Shown here: positions 19,293 to 26,576 of the stretch, in pieces
Numbering within the stretch: the first letter of the stretch is position 1
How the letters are laid out: every line of letters begins with the position of its first letter
NCBI GenBank assembly: GCA_902514485.1
Contig: CABXQY010000002.1
Coordinates: 1-51,404 of the forward strand
From: an uncultured Candidatus Poseidoniales archaeon
GTDB taxonomy: Archaea; Thermoplasmatota; Poseidoniia; Poseidoniales; Thalassarchaeaceae
Length of the DNA stretch: 51,404 bases
Direction: 5' to 3'
Notes under the pieces: model-generated
What the model was told of the DNA's origin: nothing
What the model saw: only the letters and a program-made list of their open reading frames with translations
The model's database searches: none
Made by a program: the position numbers and the translations under genes

Positions 19293-19754
19293 ATGGATTT
19301 GTATGACTTTTCTTTCTTTTTCTCTACAATGTGGGTTGGACCTTTTTGGTTTGCGATGTTGTTATTCCCTGAACATGAAATGACTAAAAAAGCCCTCAAA
19401 GGTCCTTGGTTTTTCCTCGGACCACTAATTGTTTGGTGGCTAGTGACCATCGCTAATCCACAAGCAATGGTTGACTTAGCTAAAGATGCAGCAAATCCAA
19501 ATGCAATCCTTGACGGATTAGCTGCGATTATGGGCAGTCGACCCGGAGCTTCTGCAGCATGGGCTCACATGGTTGCTGGTGACATCTTCGTCACACGGTG
19601 GATCTGGCAGCGCTGCCTCAAGTATGACACTCCTCGTTGGATTGCTGCAACTTCGGTTTTCTTTGGCGTCATGCTGATGCCTATTGGATTAGCAATGTGT
19701 GCAATCCTAGTTAGAGATAAACAAGAAACCTCAGCGGCGCCAATTGAAGTCTAA
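19293..19754 (+). CDS. ABA4-like / DUF4281-like membrane protein
   Basis: 153-aa ORF with an ATG start and four hydrophobic segments. AAWAHMVAGDIFVTRWIW resembles the W-x-H-x(3)-x-D-x-F-V-x-RWI signature I associate with the ABA4-like family. This is a motif-level call. Confidence 0.55.
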   Translation: MDLYDFSFFFSTMWVGPFWFAMLLFPEHEMTKKALKGPWFFLGPLIVWWLVTIANPQAMVDLAKDAANPNAILDGLAAIMGSRPGASAAWAHMVAGDIFVTRWIWQRCLKYDTPRWIAATSVFFGVMLMPIGLAMCAILVRDKQETSAAPIEV

Positions 19755-19845
19755 GATTTCGATATAAATAGCCCCACCACACCTGTAACGCACTTGCCAG
19801 ATTTTATTGCAATAAAATCCTAAAGTAGAGATTATGATGATTTTT

Positions 19846-19871
19846 TGGTCCGCGCTCCCGGACTTGAACCG
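19846..19871. repeat. att copy 2 (attL of the 8-kb element)
   Basis: TGGTCCGCGCTCCCGGACTTGAACCG is identical to 27822-27847. Confidence 0.9.
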
Positions 19872-20001
19872 AAGTCCGGTACCAGATGAGGCGTTCGTGC
19901 TCCTGAGGGAGTTGTCACGACAGTGCCTGGAGGAAATCCAGAGGGGCAGAACTGCAACTACTAGGCAGCTGCTCTCTATGCTTGCGGAGGTGAGAGGATG
20001 A
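19846..20001 (+). other. int: int(C): detached 3' end of the element integrase gene
   Basis: It reads WSALPDLN|RSPVPDEAFVLLRELSRQCLEEIQRGRTATTRQLLSMLAEVRG, with the TGA at 19999-20001. The codon usage is GC-rich like int(N). Joining base 27821 to base 19846 gives one continuous ORF. Confidence 0.8.
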
Positions 20002-20054
20002 CCTCAAACTTGGCAAGGAATTTCTTGGCAAAACATACGATCTGTGAGATAATA

Positions 20055-20122
20055 TGGTCAACCATAGAAGGTAACCATGGTTATTTTTCATCTCATGGTT
20101 GTCAGGTTGCAAACAACCATGG
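20055..20122. promoter_or_regulatory. Cluster of four (C)AACCAT(GG) half-sites, a candidate operator or iteron
   Basis: The copies are CAACCAT at 20059-20065, the perfect palindrome TAACCATGGTTA at 20072-20083, and the inverted pair CATGGTTG (20094-20101) / CAACCATG (20114-20121) with a 12-nt spacer. The cluster lies between the int(C) stop and the RBS (GAGGTGA, 20133-20139) and ATG of the next ORF. Confidence 0.4.
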
Positions 20123-20143
20123 AATAATTTTCGAGGTGATTGT

Positions 20144-20896
20144 ATGATACGCTTCAATCCGGATACTGAAAGGAAGTTGAAAGAAGATTTGGCAAATGTT
20201 GGCAAAGCAAACCAGGGTTACAACATCTATGCTACCGTCAAAGGTTCGGCCAATCATCGAAGGATAGGAACCTTGGATTCGCAAAGAACGGCGATAACCT
20301 TCGATGGTACGAACAACCTTGCACCCATCATCAAGAAAGCGGAGTTGGAAGAAGGTGCTGTTGTTGGGGATGTTGCACTGGTCCCAATCCCGGTGGAGAC
20401 TATCCAATCCGCAGCAGGAAGGCTGAGCGAGACCAGGCGTGGCAAGGCAAGGAGTAACCTACTATCATCCATCAAGTCCCTAATCCAAAGAGGCGTGAAG
20501 ACGAATCCGACCAAGGACCCACTCAGGGTGATTGAGGAGAAGGACAGGGAGATCGATCATCTGAGGAGGATCATCAACGCCAACAACGGGCTGTATGCAG
20601 ACCAAATCGCGAGGGGGATGATGATTCCAAGCGTGGATGACTACCCATTCGATCCGAAGAAGCTCGTTCGCCTCGCCGATGGGTTCGATGGGGTGGCAGT
20701 TGAGATGGAGAGAAACAAGCTGAGGATTTACTTCGTAGAGGGAAACTATGCAGGTGAGTCAGGCATTCCCTCCATGACGGGCAGGCAGAGGGAGATGCGC
20801 AGGGCAATCAACCGTGGATGGGTGGAGGTCAGGCTCTGCCATCTGATATTGCATTCTGATGGTAGTCATGAATGGGAAATCACGGAGGAGCGATAA
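20144..20896 (+). CDS. Hypothetical protein (element-borne, GC-rich)
   Basis: The ATG at 20144 is preceded by GAGGTGA 4 nt upstream. It encodes 250 aa (MIRFNPDTERKLKEDL...). The composition is GC-rich like the integrase, and no motif was recognised. The ORF-track start at 20099 lacks an RBS. Confidence 0.6.
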   Translation: MIRFNPDTERKLKEDLANVGKANQGYNIYATVKGSANHRRIGTLDSQRTAITFDGTNNLAPIIKKAELEEGAVVGDVALVPIPVETIQSAAGRLSETRRGKARSNLLSSIKSLIQRGVKTNPTKDPLRVIEEKDREIDHLRRIINANNGLYADQIARGMMIPSVDDYPFDPKKLVRLADGFDGVAVEMERNKLRIYFVEGNYAGESGIPSMTGRQREMRRAINRGWVEVRLCHLILHSDGSHEWEITEER

Positions 20897-20940
20897 TTTG
20901 GTTAATTTGATAGCCATCAGGCGTTTAGAATTTGAATAAC

Positions 20941-22935
20941 ATGGATGGGGATAAAGTTGATTCCTATGAAAAAATCCCAATGGGATATTGGAAAAATCCC
21001 GACAACCATCTACTATGGTTTGAAGATTTTAGACGTCATTATGAATTAACCACATTCGAGAGTTTATACACTATTAATCAGAAGATGATTCGAGATTTTA
21101 ATGGAATCACATTAGTAAAAGAATATTATAAATCAATAATAAATTTGGTGAAATCGCTATATCCTGAATATGAATGGAAATCCTACAAATTCCCAAGACG
21201 GGCCAATGGTTATTGGGAGATTGAACGTCATCGTATAGAATGGTTTGAAGACTTTAGAAAGCACTATAATTTGGGATCATACAACAGCCTCTATGATATT
21301 AATTCTAAAATGATTGATGATTATTATGGTAAGACATTGAGAAATAATTACTACAAATCAATATTTATCATGGTACAATCACTTTGTCCTGAATTCGAAT
21401 GGAAATTTTACAAATTTCGTTATCTCAAAGGGCACTGGGGGGAGATAGAAAATCAAAAGTTATGGTTTGAGGACCTCCGTGATTTTTACGGTTTAACAAC
21501 AGTTGAGGATATTTATTCCCTAAATTTGAGGATGATTACTGATTTTTATGGGATCACATTAGTTAAGGAATATTATGGATCAATCCTGAATATGGTTGAA
21601 TCAATCTGTCCTGAATACGAATGGAAATTTTACAAATTTAGAGGTTCGAAGGGGTACTGGAGCGATCTTGAAAACCAAAGAATATGGTTTGAAGATTTAA
21701 GGGAGAACTACAATCTAACAACATCTGAGAGTCTTTACCAGATTAATAGTAAAATGATAAATGAATTCTATGGTGGTAATATTTGGAATTTCTACTCTAA
21801 AATACCTGAATTAGTTATGGCTCTATGCCCTAATCATGATTGGAAATTCTACAGATTTAGAGGTTCGCAGGGACACTGGAGTGATATTGAAAACCAGAAA
21901 TTATGGTTTAATGATCTAAGAGAACACTATGGGTTTGATTCAAACGAGGACTTGTACGATCTTACTGTGTCCAAAATTTCAGATTTCTATGGGATTACTT
22001 GTGTTGTTGCCCTCTATGACGGATCCCCGAGTGAATTAGTGCGAGCTTTGATCCCTGAATACGATTGGAAAATCTACAAATTTTCGAATACACCTCAGGG
22101 GTACTGGGACGATCGGAAAAACCTTCAATCATGGTTTGAGGACATGAGGAGGCATTATGGGTTTAACAAAAATGAGGACCTGTATAACATAAACCTGAAG
22201 ATGATTTTGGATTTCCATGGTAGGACTCCAATTTCAAAGTTTAACGATTCAAAAATAAATCTCATTAGACATCTAATCCCAGAATTTGATTGGAAGGAAT
22301 ACAAATTTGTTCAAACGAGGAAGAATTATTGGGATGATATCGAGAACCAGAAATCATGGTTCAGAGACTTCAGAGAACACTATGGATTGGATACATACGA
22401 GAGCCTTTACGATGTCAGTTCAAAGATGATAAGCGACTACTATGGAAGTGGGTTACTGACCAGGACAAAAACAAATTACGGAGGAAGCCCGTCTTTATTC
22501 GTCCCAACTATGTGTCCAGAGTATGACTGGGACCTTTCTAAATTCGCCAGTAACAGAAAAACGCAGAAATCCCTATTCAAAATTCTAAAGCAGAAGTTTC
22601 CAGATGCGATATGGGAATACAGGACCGAGGTTCGTTGGGATTTTAGGAACAAGATAGGGTACGATATTTTTGTTCCCTCAATGAATCTGGCCTTTGAGGG
22701 ACAGGGCCATCAACACTACATTCCAATAGAGATGTGGGGAGGTAGTGATGCTTTAACAAAGCAAAAACAAAGGGATGAGCAAAAGTCAGATTTGGCTCAG
22801 GAACTGGGGATAAGATTGGTTATCGTTCCTTTCTGTGATCTGGATCCTGAATTACCCAAATGGCAATCCAGCTGGGAGTCATTAGTTGAAATTTGCAAAT
22901 TACAGGGAATAAATCTGAGCTTGAATGCTCTGTGA
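20941..22935 (+). CDS. Seven tandem ~75-aa repeats fused to a C-terminal Vsr/DUF559-like (PD-(D/E)xK-type) nuclease domain
   Basis: The ORF-track start at 20932 is TTG; the first ATG is at 20941. The repeats span 20980-22560, with consensus GYWxDxENQKxWFEDLRxHYGLxTxESLYxINxKMIxDFYGxTL..YY.S...LV.SLCPEYEWKFYKF. The C-terminal 124 aa read SLFKILKQKFPD..GYDIFVPSMNLAFEGQGHQHY..QRDEQKSDLAQELGIRLVIVPF. This matches the D..(V/F)E.(D/Q)G..H...D..R...L...G..V.RF layout of Vsr/DUF559-type endonucleases. Confidence 0.75.
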   Translation: MDGDKVDSYEKIPMGYWKNPDNHLLWFEDFRRHYELTTFESLYTINQKMIRDFNGITLVKEYYKSIINLVKSLYPEYEWKSYKFPRRANGYWEIERHRIEWFEDFRKHYNLGSYNSLYDINSKMIDDYYGKTLRNNYYKSIFIMVQSLCPEFEWKFYKFRYLKGHWGEIENQKLWFEDLRDFYGLTTVEDIYSLNLRMITDFYGITLVKEYYGSILNMVESICPEYEWKFYKFRGSKGYWSDLENQRIWFEDLRENYNLTTSESLYQINSKMINEFYGGNIWNFYSKIPELVMALCPNHDWKFYRFRGSQGHWSDIENQKLWFNDLREHYGFDSNEDLYDLTVSKISDFYGITCVVALYDGSPSELVRALIPEYDWKIYKFSNTPQGYWDDRKNLQSWFEDMRRHYGFNKNEDLYNINLKMILDFHGRTPISKFNDSKINLIRHLIPEFDWKEYKFVQTRKNYWDDIENQKSWFRDFREHYGLDTYESLYDVSSKMISDYYGSGLLTRTKTNYGGSPSLFVPTMCPEYDWDLSKFASNRKTQKSLFKILKQKFPDAIWEYRTEVRWDFRNKIGYDIFVPSMNLAFEGQGHQHYIPIEMWGGSDALTKQKQRDEQKSDLAQELGIRLVIVPFCDLDPELPKWQSSWESLVEICKLQGINLSLNAL

Positions 22936-23104
22936 TTAGATTGTGTCCCAGAACACCGGGCTCCACTCAAGCTCAGCCGAGGTCAAACCCATGATTCCAC
23001 ATTTGCAGCACCTCTAACTCTGAAGGCAGCTCCCGTTGCACAGCCGTTGAAGGAATTACCGATACCCCCTACGCCAATGAGTTCAAAGAATGATTTACCT
23101 TATT

Positions 23105-25156
23105 TTAGTACTTCATCAACTTCTTTAGATTCCTAGAATAACGCCTAACATCAAACATGGGTAATGAATTCCTTAACCATGAAGTAAATTCAGATGGGAC
23201 TGGAATAATGATTTTTTCACCTCTTCTTTTGGGGCCTATACTTTCTGGGATTAGATCCATCTGTCTGTTTACTTCATATCTATCTTCGTTATTTGTAAAG
23301 GATAAGTACAGTTCTTTCTGTGGAGTGACTCGCCAATTAACATCACCGTTGTTTATCATAGATAGCCAATCAAGACCATTTCCATCGACGACTTTTTCGA
23401 GGGGTTGATTAGGAAAGAAATCAGGTATTTCGATACCGGCAATCTCGTACAGTTCCGTCATAACTAATCGACCTATGTTCATACAATCAGTATGGTCATA
23501 TTTATCGTCAATTCCATTGTTAAGCAATTCTAAATATTTCTTTGAAAAATATAAAAATATCGGGTTTTCTTCACTCATTATTTTAGAAACATGTTTGATA
23601 TTAGCTGTATTATCTTCGAATCTAGCATCCATAACGACTTCTTTCATTCTACCTTTCAGTTGTCCTTGTGGTATTCTTTTATTCGAGGTTACAATTAGTT
23701 GACTATGATTTTTTCCTGATTCCCACCAATTATCCCAATAGGAACGTACAATTTGATCCATGTATCTCTTACCCCATTTCGAATCACTTATATCATCATA
23801 AATTATTGGGAAAAGAGAACTCCAGGTTAGTAAATTCTTAACTTTTGTAGCAGAGAAATCATCATCATCATATGCTGCAACTTTGTTGTTGCTTCCTGTC
23901 AATAGTCTACTACAATATTGTAATAGATATGTTTTCCCATTTTTTGTGTTACCATAAATAGCTAGAGGTTTTGGTCCACGCTGATATTCCCAACCTAGGA
24001 TTCTTTTGCCTTGTTTCATGTATGCGTGATGGAAAGGAGATGTCAAGAAATACAACATCACTTCGTATATACTCATCTTAGCAAAACGAGGATTCTTACA
24101 ACTAGCTCTATCTATAGTCTCGACATATGAGTGAATTCCATTGATTCCTTTTTGGATTTCAGCAACATCATAGTTAGATGCTGTTCTGTTAATTGTCTCA
24201 CTACCGACCCTAAGTGATACAAAGTCATCATTCACGGTCATTAATGGGAATGTGCTAACTCTAGTATCAAGAAATGGACGTGTTGTAGCCCTAATTTTTC
24301 TACCCTCTCTTTGGACACCTGCTGGTGCTAAAATTCTTACAACTTCTTCTAAAACTGCTTCATTGGCCTCTGTTGTCAATTCGGTCATGATGATATCAGG
24401 ATCTGTGGAATCATTCAGTGCTCTTTCTTGGAACTCGTGAATGATAGCATGTACTTTAGTTACATCTGCTGATGATGATGAACCAGTGTAAGATACCCAG
24501 CGCTCAACAACTTCAATATCTGGAGCGTCATCTTTGTTTAGTAGGTCTACCAATTCGTCTAAATATTCCTCAGAATTTGAATGATACCAGTAATAGGTCT
24601 CACATAATTCCAGATATTCATCAGAATTTTTATATTCTCCTTGGATATTACGCACTCGTACTTGATTAGATTGTTTTCCAGATATACCTGAACCTCTTGA
24701 AGTCAGATTAGCTGTACCAAAGATATCTGAAAACTCGTTATCTTTCTCTGCTAATATCCACTTTTCATGGAAGGTTCGATTATTTTTTGGTACTCTAACA
24801 GTTAAACGGCCTTCTTCTATTAGTTTGGCAAGTCTAAGGAAAACCTCGGGTTCTGTGCTAGATCGATTCTTTGTAACAACTGAATCTCCAACAATAATTT
24901 CTGCTTTTTGAATGCCATATAAATCAAATAAATCAACAATGAAGTCTACTCTTTGGACATACATTACCATTCTAATTTCATTAAATCCTTCGATATGAGT
25001 CTGCAATGGTCGCTGCGGAGTTACTCTGAATATCTTTGATTCGAGAATCTCAAACTCAGGTTTTTTTGGTTTAATATCAGGGCTGAGATCACCCCAAAGT
25101 TTTCTCTCGTTTGTTGTACTGGTTTCTTCCTCAATTTTTTCTAATTTATTTTCCAT
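23105..25156 (-). CDS. PLD-family (single HKD) nuclease domain fused to a D5/P4-like superfamily-3 helicase; putative element replication protein
   Basis: 683-aa ORF. The HKD motif is FHEKWILAEKD..FGTANLTSRG (aa 129-155). Walker A is AIYGNTKNGKTYLL (aa 399-412) and Walker B is LFPIIYDD (aa 448-455). SF3 motif C is QLIVTSNKRIP (aa 486-496). Confidence 0.75.
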   Translation of the reverse strand: MENKLEKIEEETSTTNERKLWGDLSPDIKPKKPEFEILESKIFRVTPQRPLQTHIEGFNEIRMVMYVQRVDFIVDLFDLYGIQKAEIIVGDSVVTKNRSSTEPEVFLRLAKLIEEGRLTVRVPKNNRTFHEKWILAEKDNEFSDIFGTANLTSRGSGISGKQSNQVRVRNIQGEYKNSDEYLELCETYYWYHSNSEEYLDELVDLLNKDDAPDIEVVERWVSYTGSSSSADVTKVHAIIHEFQERALNDSTDPDIIMTELTTEANEAVLEEVVRILAPAGVQREGRKIRATTRPFLDTRVSTFPLMTVNDDFVSLRVGSETINRTASNYDVAEIQKGINGIHSYVETIDRASCKNPRFAKMSIYEVMLYFLTSPFHHAYMKQGKRILGWEYQRGPKPLAIYGNTKNGKTYLLQYCSRLLTGSNNKVAAYDDDDFSATKVKNLLTWSSLFPIIYDDISDSKWGKRYMDQIVRSYWDNWWESGKNHSQLIVTSNKRIPQGQLKGRMKEVVMDARFEDNTANIKHVSKIMSEENPIFLYFSKKYLELLNNGIDDKYDHTDCMNIGRLVMTELYEIAGIEIPDFFPNQPLEKVVDGNGLDWLSMINNGDVNWRVTPQKELYLSFTNNEDRYEVNRQMDLIPESIGPKRRGEKIIIPVPSEFTSWLRNSLPMFDVRRYSRNLKKLMKY

Positions 25157-25494
25157 GTTCTAATCACCTTGGCTTCTTGCGTCGAATCCCGAGGTAGCCA
25201 ACATCGGGCTTTGTTGGCCGCATATGTCGGGATATAAAGATTAAGTAAAGCAAGAAATTACTAATCCCTTTAGGGGATTATACTCAAAACGTGTTTCAGA
25301 ATATTCTTGTTTCTTCCTTAATTACACCTAATCGGAAGTGGTACCCATGTGGCTACTCCTAGAAATTATGTCATCTGATACTATATTCAGAAGGAACTAA
25401 TGAATGGGAGATAGTTGAGAATTCCAAAAATCCCATATAAACGTACTTCTCAAAGTACAAATTTAGCAGATATTAAAGTTATAATTTTAACACT

Positions 25495-26202
25495 TTAATT
25501 TTGTATCCTTTTGGTGCTTGGGGAGCCTATACCTTTAACTCCATCCGTTCTCAAGATTTCTCTTAGCTTTTCGGCTTCTTCTTGTTCCAATTGCCTTTGC
25601 TCAGTTTTAGCCTTCTTATCGGCTTCTTCTTCCTTCTGTTTCCGTTGGATAATAGTATCTACTCCTTGTTCGGAAATCCCATCAATGATCATTTTAGTTG
25701 CTTCAACATTATTCAGATATTTCTCGACTAAGCGTTTAGCCTCCTCAATTGTTGTATCTTTTTTGCCCACAGACTCCATCAGAGTGTAATGTTTCTTATT
25801 TTCCAAAATAAACTCACAATCCTCGATTGAAAGTTTATCTTTGTGATTTGGCTCTAAGAGAAATCGTTTAATTGCATCGATGGTTGATTTGTTACTAACG
25901 AGTTTCTTGAAAAATCCATTTGCATATGCTAAGTCGTCAAAGTTTGTTTTTACCGGATTTGCTAGTTGATGTACTTCCTCGGCTATTTTTTGATTTTTAC
26001 AGAAATCTCTGAATGGCTTCTCCTTAGCGGCCTTATCTTTGGCTCTCTTTTCTTCTTCTTTTCTCCGATAAATATGTGCATGCACATGACAATAACCACC
26101 GTCATTTTTAGTTGCAGGAAGTTTGCAAGGTCTTTTGGCTTCGAAATGCTGAACAATGTGCTTGCAGGCGGATTTTGGATCTCTTCGTCGCCGCGGAGTC
26201 AC
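25495..26202 (-). CDS. Basic protein with an N-terminal Cys/His cluster and K/E-rich coiled-coil segments (putative DNA-binding)
   Basis: 235-aa ORF with a GTG start. The N-terminus reads RRRRDPKSACKHIVQHFEAKRPCKLPATKNDGGYCHVHAH (C-x12-C-x11-C-x-H-x-H). Charged stretches follow: KEEEKRAKDKAAKEK and QRKQKEEEADKKAKTEQRQLEQEEAEKLRE. Confidence 0.55.
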   Translation of the reverse strand: MTPRRRRDPKSACKHIVQHFEAKRPCKLPATKNDGGYCHVHAHIYRRKEEEKRAKDKAAKEKPFRDFCKNQKIAEEVHQLANPVKTNFDDLAYANGFFKKLVSNKSTIDAIKRFLLEPNHKDKLSIEDCEFILENKKHYTLMESVGKKDTTIEEAKRLVEKYLNNVEATKMIIDGISEQGVDTIIQRKQKEEEADKKAKTEQRQLEQEEAEKLREILRTDGVKGIGSPSTKRIQN

Positions 26203-26576
26203 AAAACTCTACGCTAGGATATGCGTTAGAAAGTTATCTCCTTTGAATATCTGTACTTACTCATTTCAATTACCTCGGAGTAATTCGGTAGTCATATCTC
26301 TCAGCATTACCTTAAATTCATCTGATCTCTCTTTCTCTCCTTGCTCAAATAAATAATATTCAGATCAATGGAATGGTATTTTTCGATATAAAAAATGATA
26401 ATTAATGAGTGGATATTAGTTGATAATTGGATTTTTTAGTAGCACTACACATTGTAGAAGAAGTAATTGAGAATCCCAACGGCATTGTCGTTTGAAGCAA
26501 TAGGCATTCATGTTCAAACTCTGCATCATAGTACTGACAATAACCTTTCATACCTTCTCTTCGCTTCCAATATTCC

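Larger units (their letters stand above)
16016..19845. mobile_element. Possible decayed or tandem integrated segment bounded by att copies 1 and 2, lacking int(N)
   Basis: The segment is bounded by two identical 39-nt att-containing repeats and starts with an int(C) relic. It contains only the FAS1-HxlR gene and an ABA4-like gene. Its status as a former element versus captured host DNA is unresolved. Confidence 0.4.

Noticed and set aside
19831-19845. ATGATGATTTTT left of att copy 2 resembles the GATGATAAT that ends int(N) at 27814-27821, which could be a remnant of a second int(N)
   Set aside because: The similarity is limited to about 7 nt. The upstream 90 nt show no resemblance to the integrase 3' region, so this is too weak to support a call.
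19915-20980. Several 70-100-aa minus-strand ORFs (19915-20205, 20102-20407, 20254-20514, 20574-20807, 20759-20980)
   Set aside because: They overlap one another and the plus-strand int(C) and ORF 20144-20896 in the GC-rich segment. Their composition is R/S/P-rich and low-complexity, typical of antisense frames.
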